Positions 1 through 9,457 of a stretch of DNA of 64,000 nt are shown one piece after another. A program made the position numbers and the translations under genes. The stretch spans positions 3,378-67,377 of the forward strand of contig JAPPNA010000026.1 of NCBI GenBank assembly GCA_028873925.1, in the 5' to 3' direction. Source of the DNA: Bacteroidota bacterium. Its GTDB lineage: Bacteria > Bacteroidota > Rhodothermia > Rhodothermales > Bin80. Numbering within the stretch: position 1 is the stretch's first letter; each line of letters opens with the position of its first letter. Under the pieces are notes generated by a model. It was not told the origin of the DNA. It searched no databases and saw nothing but the letters and a program-made list of their open reading frames with translations.

Positions 1-625
1 GCCAATCTGCGTGCGGAACATTCTGACAGTCACACCGCTAAACGTGATCAGGGCCAGTCAAAATGATCCCACCCCGACAAGCTGCAGCTGATGCCAAAAT
101 GTCCCATCTACATGGGTACATGCCGTTAGACCCGCATCGTGTACTGCAACGATAGTAACCGGCGTAGGGACCACCTGCACACTTCGTTTGACTTTCTGGG
201 CTATACGTCCAGACCGAGGGAGATGAAGACGCAGACGGATAAGCTGTTTACCGGGTTCAACCCGGCCATCAGCAACAGGGCGGCCAAGCAGATCTGTGCC
301 GAGATTCAGAGCTGGGGGCTGCATTGACTCAATAACTGGCGGTTACTCGGATGTGGCCCGGATGTGCAATGCGCGGGTACAAGGAAGGATCAGCCATTAC
401 GAAGCCTTCAGCAAGTCGGCACTTTCAGAGATATGAATGTATCTGGAGTTTAGGTTGGTGGAGTGGGCCATGCGAGAGCATAAACGCTTCCGGGGGCACC
501 GGCTTTGTGCGTTCCGGTGGGTGCAGGAATCGGCCTATCTGGATTCGGCGGTGTTTGTGAATTGGCAGCTCCGGTGCGGTCCCCCTTGTTCGCACTACAA
601 CGGCTGCTCTGGAAGAGCCGTATGA
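1..625 (+). pseudogene. Intron-encoded reverse transcriptase/maturase (C-terminal part), disrupted
   Basis: Homology continues through in-frame stops at 64-66, 127-129, 325-327 and 434-436, and through a frame change near 345-360 (frame 1 to frame 2). No single frame is open. Confidence 0.8.
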
Positions 626-695
626 GTTGAGAGGCTTACGTACGGTTCTGTGAGCGCCCCCCCGGGGGGGCAGATTCACCCCGGGCGACTCAACG
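615..695 (+). ncRNA. Group II intron domain V (615-648) and putative domain VI (652-691, bulged A at 688)
   Basis: The sequence GAGCCGUAU-GAGUU-GAGA-GGCUU-AC-GUACGGUUC matches the canonical DV: AGC triad, GNRA loop and AC bulge. GAGCGCCC (652-659) pairs with GGGCG[A]CTC (683-691), leaving A688 bulged 6-7 nt before an AC/G junction. Confidence 0.8.
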
Positions 696-841
696 CAAGC
701 TTAGACACCCAAGAATCAGAACCGAAAAGTGCCGCCCGGATGGCCACAATCCATCTGAATATCCAGCACGCGCCGCTCGTGCGTGAAATTGATTTGATTA
801 ACGGCAAACTGGGGCCTACATATATTGCAGTGTCACGTATC

Positions 842-1081
842 TCATCCGCGCGGGGGGAACGGATCCCTGCCGGGAGGGATGGTGATTTTCCGCCTTATTT
901 TGCCATCTTTTCCCTGAATTGTCAGCTCACCACCTCCCTGGTTCTTCACGTTCTCCCTTCCAGCCTCTATGGCTTCAGCTTGGGTATCATGCAGTGAAGC
1001 GGCTTTGCCACTGTTATTCCGCTTATTGGCCCACTTTCCGTTTTTTCGTGGTGAAATTGTCCGATCCTGTTTCTTGCTCAT
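842..1081 (-). CDS. DUF2188 domain-containing protein
   Basis: 79-aa ORF. TQAEAIEAGRE...GGELTIQGKDGKIRRK...GRDPFPPRG fits the DUF2188 pattern as I remember it. Confidence 0.8.
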   Translation of the reverse strand: MSKKQDRTISPRKNGKWANKRNNSGKAASLHDTQAEAIEAGRENVKNQGGGELTIQGKDGKIRRKITIPPGRDPFPPRG

Positions 1082-1319
1082 TGGCTCGCAGTCTCATGTC
1101 CAAATGATCGTCAAGACATCCATATTCGTGCCAATCCTTCCAGTAGCTCATTAGATGTTAAGTTGGCAGGAGGTTCATCCCAGTATACTGCCAGAATGTC
1201 ACGACCAGGCAGTTAATCCGAATTATTCATGGATTCAGTGTTCAGTCCAGCACCAATAGACGACCATCCTAATTCAATTAGTTCTGACTCTAGTCCTGCG
1301 TATGGCCAGGCATACAGCC

Positions 1320-2819
1320 TCAAGTGGCTGGATCGGCAAGGTCATCTACAGCGTCTATGCCATCGGCACGGGGGTTCAAGGCCATCGCACGGCGGAACGC
1401 TTCGTATAGTGCAGGGACCAACTCGTCCGCGGTGGCTACGGAAACATCGACGATCCGCGGGTACAGAAGGAAGCTCGCACCTGCCGTGTCAACCGTGACC
1501 TGGCAGATGCCCATGCGCCGCTGGAGAAATGTGGCACTTTTTTGAATCGCCTGAAATTTGGTGGCCGGTACGATCCAGATTCGCTGCCAGAATATACCCC
1601 GACGGACATACAGGTGACTGCCGTTGAAGGCCCACCCATGACATCGGTACTGCATCCAGGCCAGCACCCACAGGGTCGGGAGCAGCGTCAGTCCCCATAT
1701 GGCCGGACTCCATAACAGTTGAACCAGGGTCACCAGCGCTCCCAGAGCCAGGGTGTACCTTAGCCCCATGCGCCGAATGCTTATCGGCGACACGGACCGA
1801 TAAGTGTCCGGCAGCGTAAAGTCATCAATACGCTGCGCCACAGGGAGCAGCCGTGGCAGCCTGGCCAAGGGAATCGCCATCTGCATGCCCCGTTCACTGG
1901 TATCAAACGCGAGCGTCTGCAGGGCCAGACGAAAACGGTTGTGCAGGCGCATAACAGGATTGGACTTGAGGACGAGCGACTGCACCCTGGGATACGGAAT
2001 GGTGGTCTCCCGCAGTGTGAAAAGCCCGAATCGGCGATGAATCTTAGTGGGGCGCAATTCCAACTGGAAGCCGTAGTAACGGGCAACATGAATGCAAATG
2101 CCGGTAATCCACCCCAGCAGCAGACCGGCCAGAATAATGGGGAGCACCAGCAATGTTGAGAATCCGGGAGTATTGCCGGAGAACTCCTGAATTTGGTCGG
2201 CCACCAGATTGGTCAGCACTTCTTCCAAGGGAATCAGCCCAATCTGGTCAAGTTGGCTGACAATAGCCCAGCCCGCCGCGAAGTAGATCAGGGAAAACGT
2301 ATACATACCGGAGACCAGCAGCTGAGGCAGCGGCAGCGAATAGTCCGGCGTTACCGCCTCGGGCGAAGCATCGGGGGCACCCTCCGCCGGCTTGGCCGAG
2401 CGTAACAATGTGCGAATCCGCTCAGCCTCCGAGACGGGGACGTACTGCAGCACCCCCTCCGCCTTTATGCTGCCCGCCGTTTCAATCTTGACAGCGGTCA
2501 GATTCAGCAGGCGGGCCCCAATGTTGCGCTCAAAGGCTACATTCTGAATCCGCTCCGATGTGATATTGCGCCGAACACGCTTGAGCACGCCCGAATGAAT
2601 CACAATTTCCCCTTCACTGACCAAATACTTGAAAAAGATGTATCGGGGTAGAATTTGCAACAGTCCCGACACCCCAAGCAGGCCGGCCGCAATCAGAAAC
2701 AGCAGCCCGTCAACATCTATCGACAGAACCAGAACGACCCCATAAACCGCTGTGCTCGACATGATGATGACCAGCGAAAGCGGATGGACCCGCCGGAAGT
2801 TGGTGTCGGCTTCAACCAT
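1320..2819 (-). CDS. YdbT-like membrane protein with repeated bacterial PH (bPH_2/DUF304) domains
   Basis: 499 aa with TM hairpins alternating with bPH2-like segments (RRNITSERIQNV..., YPRVQSLVLKSNP...). It is paired with a 157-aa YdbS-like gene by a 1-nt TGATG overlap at 2819. Confidence 0.75.
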   Translation of the reverse strand: MVEADTNFRRVHPLSLVIIMSSTAVYGVVLVLSIDVDGLLFLIAAGLLGVSGLLQILPRYIFFKYLVSEGEIVIHSGVLKRVRRNITSERIQNVAFERNIGARLLNLTAVKIETAGSIKAEGVLQYVPVSEAERIRTLLRSAKPAEGAPDASPEAVTPDYSLPLPQLLVSGMYTFSLIYFAAGWAIVSQLDQIGLIPLEEVLTNLVADQIQEFSGNTPGFSTLLVLPIILAGLLLGWITGICIHVARYYGFQLELRPTKIHRRFGLFTLRETTIPYPRVQSLVLKSNPVMRLHNRFRLALQTLAFDTSERGMQMAIPLARLPRLLPVAQRIDDFTLPDTYRSVSPISIRRMGLRYTLALGALVTLVQLLWSPAIWGLTLLPTLWVLAWMQYRCHGWAFNGSHLYVRRGIFWQRIWIVPATKFQAIQKSATFLQRRMGICQVTVDTAGASFLLYPRIVDVSVATADELVPALYEAFRRAMALNPRADGIDAVDDLADPAT

Positions 2820-3292
2820 CAGACCGCCGGTTCAATGATGAACTGCTTAAGTTCATCCCTCAGGCGCGCAGCCTCCTCATGCAGCAGCCCGGGCAGCGTT
2901 ACACTGCTGCTGCGCGTGCCCGCTGTGTGTACTACCAAACTGCCCAAATCAAGATTGCGCTCAAATACATCCTGGGATATGTCCAGATGCTGGATACGCC
3001 GCAGCGGCACGATGGTATCCACCCGCCACCAGATTCCCCGGATCAGCCTCAGATCTTCCGCCCGTAACTCATATCGCCAGAACCGGTAGCGCACGATCGG
3101 GTAGACACCGGCCGACAAAACCCCGAGCGTAATCACCGTGCCGAGTACCAACAGTACCCGCGTCGGGACCTGTCCCGGCCAAGGGATGATTTGGAATATG
3201 CCCCAGGCCATCGCAATCAGCAGACAGATGCCCCAAAACAGGGCAGCACGGATCATCCAGACGGATTTAACGGAGGGGTGCAGTTTGTGCAT
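2819..3292 (-). CDS. YdbS-like bPH_2 (DUF304) membrane protein
   Basis: 157 aa with two N-terminal TM helices, then RRIQHLDISQDVFERNLDLGSLVVHTAG, typical of bPH_2. Confidence 0.75.
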   Translation of the reverse strand: MHKLHPSVKSVWMIRAALFWGICLLIAMAWGIFQIIPWPGQVPTRVLLVLGTVITLGVLSAGVYPIVRYRFWRYELRAEDLRLIRGIWWRVDTIVPLRRIQHLDISQDVFERNLDLGSLVVHTAGTRSSSVTLPGLLHEEAARLRDELKQFIIEPAV

Positions 3293-3349
3293 CGGCCGGT
3301 GTGTAATTTCCGCTGGTTATACTTTGGAACGATACGTTTTGTGACGAAC

Positions 3350-4177
3350 ATGGCACGAATGCCTTTAACGATCAGCATTCTGGGCTGCGGCTATGTGGGA
3401 CTTCCGGTGGCGGAGGCGCTGATCAGCCGCGGCTGGCGGGTTCGCGGATCCACCACACGAACAGAAAAGCTGCTGGACCTGCTGCGCGTCGGCGTTGAGC
3501 CTTACCTGGTGCGGCTGACTCCGAAGCCGGAAGGCCGCGGTCTGGACGACTTCTTTGATTCCGAGGTCGTGTTTCTGAATTTTCCGCCCGGACGCCGCCG
3601 CAAAGATGTGGCATCATTCCTGGCACGCGCCATGGAGGGGCTGATTGGTGCCATGTGCGCCGGGCAGGTGCGCCGCGTGATATTCGCCAGCTCCACGAGC
3701 GTCTACGGAGCCGGGCGCGTAACTGAGTCGGATGCCACGCTCACCGCAGCTCTGACCGCTTCAGGCCGGGCGCTGTTGAAGGCCGAAAAGGCGCTGCTGC
3801 AGCAGTCCGATTTCAATACCACCGTGCTGCGCTACGGCGGGCTGTACGGTTATCATCGGCCCCCGGGCCGGTTCCTGATGGGCCGGACAATCGCCGGCGG
3901 CCGGCGTGCCGTCAACCTGGTTCACCGGGATGACGCGGTCGGAGTGGCGGTAGCCGCTATTGAACAGGGTAGATGCAATGAGATCTTCAACGTATGCGCC
4001 GACCGGCATCCGACACGTCAGGCATTCTACACGAAAGCGGCCCAATGGCTTAGCTGTGCGCCGCCGGAATTTGCCGACCATGACGACAGACCTGACAAGA
4101 TTGTGCTCAACGATAAGGTACGCCGGCAGCTGGCCTATGAATTTGCTCACCCGGACCCTATGCGCAGGGCTCCCTGA
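3350..4177 (+). CDS. NAD(P)-binding Rossmann-fold protein (SDR/epimerase family)
   Basis: The track ORF starts at 3191, but the ATG at 3350 gives MARMPLTISILGCGYVGLPVAEAL (GxGxxG). The 3191-3349 part overlaps ydbS antisense. Confidence 0.7.
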   Translation: MARMPLTISILGCGYVGLPVAEALISRGWRVRGSTTRTEKLLDLLRVGVEPYLVRLTPKPEGRGLDDFFDSEVVFLNFPPGRRRKDVASFLARAMEGLIGAMCAGQVRRVIFASSTSVYGAGRVTESDATLTAALTASGRALLKAEKALLQQSDFNTTVLRYGGLYGYHRPPGRFLMGRTIAGGRRAVNLVHRDDAVGVAVAAIEQGRCNEIFNVCADRHPTRQAFYTKAAQWLSCAPPEFADHDDRPDKIVLNDKVRRQLAYEFAHPDPMRRAP

Positions 4178-4228
4178 TGCAACCTGGCGGCGGCAATCGG
4201 GTACGAATATCAAGGATTCTCCTGCGGC

Positions 4229-4603
4229 ATGCAACTCAATGATCTGACCCCTGAAGAGGCACGAATAATTGTCCACAAAGGGACCGAAGCTCCGTTTACA
4301 GGTCAATACAACCACCACTATGCGGCGGGTCTTTATCTGTGCAGGCGATGCGAGGCACCCCTCTTCCGTTCAGAAGATAAGTTCAAGTCCGGCTGCGGAT
4401 GGCCGAGTTTTGACGATGAAATTGCCGGGCAAGTCAGGCGGGTGCCCGATGCGGATGGCCGCCGTACCGAAATCGTCTGCGCCGCCTGTGATGGCCATCT
4501 GGGGCATGTATTCACAGGGGAGCGATTCACCCCGAAGAACACGCGCCACTGCGTCAACTCACTGTCGATGAAATTTGTGGCCCAGGAAGACATAGAGCCA
4601 TAA
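4229..4603 (+). CDS. msrB: Peptide-methionine (R)-S-oxide reductase
   Basis: CRRC...CAAC zinc site, GWPSF, GHLGHVF and the RHCVNS active-site motif. Confidence 0.95.
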   Translation: MQLNDLTPEEARIIVHKGTEAPFTGQYNHHYAAGLYLCRRCEAPLFRSEDKFKSGCGWPSFDDEIAGQVRRVPDADGRRTEIVCAACDGHLGHVFTGERFTPKNTRHCVNSLSMKFVAQEDIEP

Positions 4604-4610
4604 AAAGGCG

Positions 4611-4693
4611 TACCGGAGGTGGGACTCGAACCCACACGTCCGAGTGGACACAGGCTCCTAAGGCCTGCGCGTCTACCATTCCGCCACTCCGGC
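4611..4693 (-). tRNA. tRNA-Leu (anticodon UAG), class II with long variable arm, no encoded CCA
   Basis: Hand-folded. Acceptor GCCGGAG/CTCCGGT, anticodon stem CAGGC/GCCTG with loop CTTAGGA, variable arm GTCC-ACTC-GGAC, T arm GTGGG-TTCGAGT-CCCAC. Confidence 0.9.
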
Positions 4694-4740
4694 GCGGGAA
4701 AGCCAATGTATCCCGCCGCCACCCCGATTGTTCCCTTTGT

Positions 4741-5781
4741 GTGTGGCTAACCTTGTGTGTCGCACTTGTTTTTTCCTCCAAGGTACACGCCCAGATATAC
4801 GGTAGCTGGACGTATGACGCTCCCCCGGATCACCTGGCGGATGTGACATGGCTGGAGAATGCGCGATTAGGCACTCTGCAGCTTTCCGGATGTGCCGCCG
4901 CGCTGGTCTCGGCGGATGGCCTCGCGGTTACGAGCGCCTCCTGCCTGCGCGCTTCGGTGGCGAGGATCGTGGGAGACTCGGCCGCAACGGCCGGCATGTA
5001 TGCGCAGTCGCTGGCCGGCGAAATCGCGCTGGCCCCGCTGGTCGCGCGCCAGATCGTGGACATGACCGATATCACGGGTCAGGATGAAGCCGACCATATG
5101 GCAGACTATACGCTGGAATATCACCTATTGGCCCGCGATGACAGCACGAGGTTCTGGTTGTACGCTTTCCGTCCGTTCCGGGACGTGAGACTGGTGCTGC
5201 TGCCATCTGCGATGGCGGCCGGCTTTGGACAGGACAGGGCCGTTTTTCCACGCCATAGGGTTGACTTTGCCTTCATCAGACTTTATGCGCCGGACGGCAC
5301 CCCATATATCACGGAGAATTACTACGCGTGGAGTGAGGCCCGTCCGTCCGCCGGCGAAACGATCTATGCCACGAGCATTCCGCAATACACGCCTATGCTG
5401 AGCGCCAGCTCTGTGGAGGTTTATCCGTACAACGGCACCATCACGCCGCCCTTTACGACGCTGTACGGTATGCTGGACCTGCACTTTGCGCACGGAGCAT
5501 CCGGCGACTGGGCACTGCCTGCGAACTGGCTGGCCCGGCAGGATGCTCTTGAGCTTGGCGCACCGCTGAATTTTGCGGTCGCGGGCAGGTGCACCCAGTT
5601 GGGGACCGCATTTGTCAGTCAGGATCTGGAAGTGCGCGGCGTGGCATTTGAGCAGACAGGCATAGGGGGCGAGTCGCGATGTATTTCCGTTGCCGCCGCA
5701 GGCGTGCTGACCGTGCTGCGGGGCATCTACAGCGCGGATCGGATAGCCGAAGAACTGGAATTGCAGCAGATTGAGAATTAA
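4741..5781 (+). CDS. Short S46-peptidase-like protein lacking the catalytic His and Ser (predicted pseudo-protease), secreted
   Basis: GTG start with a signal-like LTLCVALVFSSKVHAQ. It aligns to the N- and C-terminal chymotrypsin-fold parts of the downstream S46 gene, but has TSASC for TNHHC and CTQLGT for GGNSGS. The roughly 300-aa helical domain is absent. Confidence 0.7.
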   Translation: MWLTLCVALVFSSKVHAQIYGSWTYDAPPDHLADVTWLENARLGTLQLSGCAAALVSADGLAVTSASCLRASVARIVGDSAATAGMYAQSLAGEIALAPLVARQIVDMTDITGQDEADHMADYTLEYHLLARDDSTRFWLYAFRPFRDVRLVLLPSAMAAGFGQDRAVFPRHRVDFAFIRLYAPDGTPYITENYYAWSEARPSAGETIYATSIPQYTPMLSASSVEVYPYNGTITPPFTTLYGMLDLHFAHGASGDWALPANWLARQDALELGAPLNFAVAGRCTQLGTAFVSQDLEVRGVAFEQTGIGGESRCISVAAAGVLTVLRGIYSADRIAEELELQQIEN

Positions 5782-5791
5782 CCCCGTTTGG

Positions 5792-7975
5792 ATGCGTCAG
5801 GCTGCCCTGTTGCTGTTGCTGCTGGCCGGTTGTGCGCCGGAGCCGGTGGAAACCGCCCGCATAGTGGAGCGGCCAGCCGCCATGGAGGCCATTCGGCAAC
5901 CTGTGGCTGAGCCGACAACACCAGATGACGGACCTGCCGTTGACCGATTTGACGTGGATGTGGGTCGCTTTGATAGCGGCAAGATGTGGACGTTTGATGA
6001 GCCCCCGCTCGACTGGCTTAAGGAAGAGTACGGGCTGGACACCGATTCCGCCTGGTTCGCGAGGGCGAGGCTGGGTGCCCTTCGGTTCGGTACTTCATGC
6101 TCGGCCTCGTTTGTGTCGTCGTCCGGGCTGATCATGACCAATCACCATTGCGCGCGCGATGCCATTTCGGACGTTACCGAAGAAGGAGAGGACCTGCTGG
6201 AAAACGGCTTCTACGCAGCTGCTTCAAGCCAGGAGCGCCGGGTAAAGGACCTGCATGTGGATCAGCTGCTAAGTATCGAGGATGTCACCGCAAGCGTGCA
6301 TGGAGCCGGTCGGGCCGTGCGCGGCGACAATGAGCGGGTGCAGGTCCGACGCAGCAAGGCCGACGAAATAGCGCGCGAACGCATGCGGGTTGCTGATGAT
6401 TCAACTATCCATGTGGAAGTCGTAGAGCTGTTTAGCGGCGGACGCTACGCGGCCTATACGTTCCGGCGACACCATGACATCCGCCTGGTGATGGCCCCCG
6501 AAAAACTTATGGGGTACTTTGGCGGAGATCCAGACAACTTCACCTATCCGCGCTACGCGCTGGATGTATCCTTTTTTCGGGCCTACCATGCAGACAGCAG
6601 TCAGTTGGCCATTGACACCCATTACCGCTGGAGTGCGGCAGGGGCCGCGGTCGGCGATCCCGTATTTGTGGTCGGCAGTCCGGGTACGACGAATCGGCTG
6701 GGAACGGTCTCCCAACTGGAGTATGAGCGGGATTTTGAGCTGCCCCGGCGCGTAGAGGCACTCCAGCGAAGAGAAGAAGTGCTGCGCCCGTTCATGGGTC
6801 TGGACGCTCCTCAGACCGATGCGCTGGAAAACATGTACTTTTCCATCAGCAACTCGCTCAAGGCGCTGACCGGACAACTGGCCGGATTGCGAAACGATAC
6901 GCTGATAGCCCAGCGTAGTGCGGCGGAATACAATCTGCGCGGAGAGCTCTTCAAATCCGATTCTCTGTCGTCACGGTACGGACAGCTGTTTCAGGACCTG
7001 GGGGAGATTCAGCTTTCAAAAAGATCAGAGATTCAGCGGTCGGCGGCCTTTGCGTTTCTGGGGACCGATGCCGGCTCCCGCATCCTTACCCGAGCGCTGT
7101 ACGGCTACTACTACGCCACTATGAAACAGCGCGGATTCGCGTCCGAGGAAGAGCTGGAAGAGGTTCGCAAACAGGCCATGTCGTTCGAAAATCTCCCTGC
7201 AGATGTGGAGCAGATGCTGATCCGAGTGCGTCTGGAGGAGCTGCAGCAGTCGCTGGGAGCGCTGGATCCTACCTTGCGTGGTCTGACGGGAGGTGAGTCG
7301 TTGGACAGTGTGGCTGCCCGACTGGCGACCGGATCGGCCCTGTTGGACTCCAGTCGGTTCGCAGTCCTCCTGGAGGAGGGATACCTGAGCAGCGATGATC
7401 CGTCAGTTCCGGTGATTAACGCGCTGGCCCCGCTTTTCTTCACAGCTCAGCAGCAGAATCAGAGTTTCGGGAACAGGGAAGAACTGCTGGAAGGGCAGCT
7501 GGCCCAGGCACGGCTCGCGATTTACGGCTCCAGCATACCGCCGGATGCGTCGTTTTCGCTGCGGTTCGCGGATGGTGTGGTGCGGGGCTATCCCTACAAC
7601 GGTACCTGGGCACCGGCATTTACCACATTCTTCGGGTTGTATGACCACTATCATGCGTACCGGGATGTAAGCACGGAATGGGACCTGCCGCCGCGCTGGC
7701 GCTTGCCCCCCGAAGGTCTGCCGCTGTCAACCCCGTTGAATCTGGTCAGCACGAATGACATCACCGGGGGCAATTCCGGGTCGCCCCTGCTTAACGAGGA
7801 CCTGGAAATCGTGGGACTGATATTCGATGGCAATATTGAGTCACTCTCCAACGTTTATCTGTTCAGTGATCGCGTCGCCCGCGCTGTGTCCGTGGATTCG
7901 CGCGCGATCATGGCGGTACTGCGCCATGTATACGATGCGGACCGGCTGGTGGAGGAGATCAACGCCAGCCAATGA
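5792..7975 (+). CDS. S46 family peptidase (DPP7/DPP11-like dipeptidyl-peptidase), lipoprotein
   Basis: MRQAALLLLLLAGC lipobox, SGLIMTNHHCARD (His), DVSFFRAY (Asp) and ITGGNSGSPLLN (Ser). The track start at 5771 is TTG; the ATG at 5792 is preferred. Confidence 0.9.
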   Translation: MRQAALLLLLLAGCAPEPVETARIVERPAAMEAIRQPVAEPTTPDDGPAVDRFDVDVGRFDSGKMWTFDEPPLDWLKEEYGLDTDSAWFARARLGALRFGTSCSASFVSSSGLIMTNHHCARDAISDVTEEGEDLLENGFYAAASSQERRVKDLHVDQLLSIEDVTASVHGAGRAVRGDNERVQVRRSKADEIARERMRVADDSTIHVEVVELFSGGRYAAYTFRRHHDIRLVMAPEKLMGYFGGDPDNFTYPRYALDVSFFRAYHADSSQLAIDTHYRWSAAGAAVGDPVFVVGSPGTTNRLGTVSQLEYERDFELPRRVEALQRREEVLRPFMGLDAPQTDALENMYFSISNSLKALTGQLAGLRNDTLIAQRSAAEYNLRGELFKSDSLSSRYGQLFQDLGEIQLSKRSEIQRSAAFAFLGTDAGSRILTRALYGYYYATMKQRGFASEEELEEVRKQAMSFENLPADVEQMLIRVRLEELQQSLGALDPTLRGLTGGESLDSVAARLATGSALLDSSRFAVLLEEGYLSSDDPSVPVINALAPLFFTAQQQNQSFGNREELLEGQLAQARLAIYGSSIPPDASFSLRFADGVVRGYPYNGTWAPAFTTFFGLYDHYHAYRDVSTEWDLPPRWRLPPEGLPLSTPLNLVSTNDITGGNSGSPLLNEDLEIVGLIFDGNIESLSNVYLFSDRVARAVSVDSRAIMAVLRHVYDADRLVEEINASQ

Positions 7976-8117
7976 GGCCTGTTTGGCTGGAGAAGCATCG
8001 CCCGCAGCCTGCTGGGGCCGCCCCGCCTCACCCTGCATGTGCCGCCGCGCCGCATCCCGGTGGCGCACAGCCAGTGCGTCGCGTTGCCTAAATTGGCGCA
8101 CAATCTGCCGCCCGATC

Positions 8118-9419
8118 ATGCTGGCCCGCCTGTTGCCGCTATTGCTGTTAGCCGCGTGCGCCGTAGAGCCGCCACCGAATATCGTGCTGATTATGGCGGA
8201 TGATCTGGGGTATGAAGGGCTGGGCGTAAACGGCGGCCTGAGCTATGACACGCCGCATCTGGACTCGCTGGCGGCAGCTGGTATTCGGTTTACGCGGGCT
8301 TTCTCAACGCCGCTTTGCACCCCATCCCGCGTGCAGTTGATGACCGGCAAATACAACTTCCGCAATTACATCGGTTTCGGACTGTTGGACCCGGCCGAAC
8401 AGACCTTCGCGCATCTGCTGCGCGAGGCCGGGTATGTGACCGGCGTAGCCGGCAAATGGCAGCTCTATGGGGATGCCCGGCAGCGGGGGCTGGCGGGACG
8501 CGGCGGAGCTACACCGCAGGAGGCCGGATTTGACGAGTTTGCCCTCTGGCAGTTTATGGAACGCGGTCGCCGCTACAAATCGCCTACCATCCACTATACG
8601 GGGCAACAGCCCGCAATGGTGCCGGATGCCTACGGTCCAGATCTGTTCGCAGACTACATTGAAGCATTTTTTGAACGTCACCGGAACGAGCCGTTCTTTC
8701 TGTACTTCCCCATGGCACTGCCGCATGATCCATTCCTGCCTGCGCCCGATCACGCGGACTACGAAAGCCTGAATCTGGACAGCGCCCGCAGCGATTCAAA
8801 GTACTTTGCGTCCATGGTTCACCATATGGACCATCTGGTGGGCCGCATTACGGTTGCCCTCCATCGGCTTGGGCTGGACCGCCGGACCCTGGTGTTGTTC
8901 ACCATTGATAACGGAACACACCGCAGCGTGATTTCTGAGCATACCCGAGGTCAGATTCAAGGCCGAAAGGCCTTTCCGGTCGCGGCCGGCACGCATGTGC
9001 CGCTGATCGCCCACTGGCCAGGTACGATTGAGAAGGGTCGCATCAGCGATGAGCTGATAGACTTTACGGATTTTCTGCCCACACTGGTGGAGGCGGCCGG
9101 TCATCGCCTGCCGGCCGACTTTACCGCAGACGGGCTGAGCTTCTATGGCCAGCTGACCGGTCAGCCGGACAGCGTCCGAAGTTGGATCTACTGCCACTAT
9201 GACCCGCGCTGGGGGCGGTTTGAGCCAGCCCGCTGGGCGCAGGATCATACCTGGAAACTGTACGGAAACGGCCGGTTTGTCAACTGGTCCGAAGATCTGG
9301 ACGAAATCCACGCGCTGGCAGACTCCGTGCTCAGTCCCGATGCGTTGCAGGCCAGGAACCGGTTGCAGCGGGTGCTCAATCGCATGCCTCCGCTGCCCCC
9401 GACAGATCAGGGTAACTGA
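8118..9419 (+). CDS. Sulfatase (arylsulfatase family)
   Basis: NIVLIMADDLGYEG plus the CTPSR formylglycine motif. The ATG at 8118 gives the signal MLARLLPLLLLAACA. The track ORF from 7827 overlaps the S46 gene. Confidence 0.9.
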   Translation: MLARLLPLLLLAACAVEPPPNIVLIMADDLGYEGLGVNGGLSYDTPHLDSLAAAGIRFTRAFSTPLCTPSRVQLMTGKYNFRNYIGFGLLDPAEQTFAHLLREAGYVTGVAGKWQLYGDARQRGLAGRGGATPQEAGFDEFALWQFMERGRRYKSPTIHYTGQQPAMVPDAYGPDLFADYIEAFFERHRNEPFFLYFPMALPHDPFLPAPDHADYESLNLDSARSDSKYFASMVHHMDHLVGRITVALHRLGLDRRTLVLFTIDNGTHRSVISEHTRGQIQGRKAFPVAAGTHVPLIAHWPGTIEKGRISDELIDFTDFLPTLVEAAGHRLPADFTADGLSFYGQLTGQPDSVRSWIYCHYDPRWGRFEPARWAQDHTWKLYGNGRFVNWSEDLDEIHALADSVLSPDALQARNRLQRVLNRMPPLPPTDQGN

Positions 9420-9457
9420 TGCGGGCCTGTACCGCGCGCTGCCAGTAGGGAGAAACC

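Larger units (their letters stand above)
1..695 (+). mobile_element. Group II intron, 3' portion only (the window begins inside it). The ORF is decayed but ribozyme domains V-VI are retained.
   Basis: RT/maturase-like peptides are spread over three frames (HPDK, TRIVYCNDSNRR, FDFLGYT, NPAIS, RISHYEAFSKSAL, LVEWAMREHKRFRGH, FVNWQL). They are followed by a canonical domain V at 615-648 and a domain VI-like hairpin. The predicted 3' splice site is about 694/695. Confidence 0.85.
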
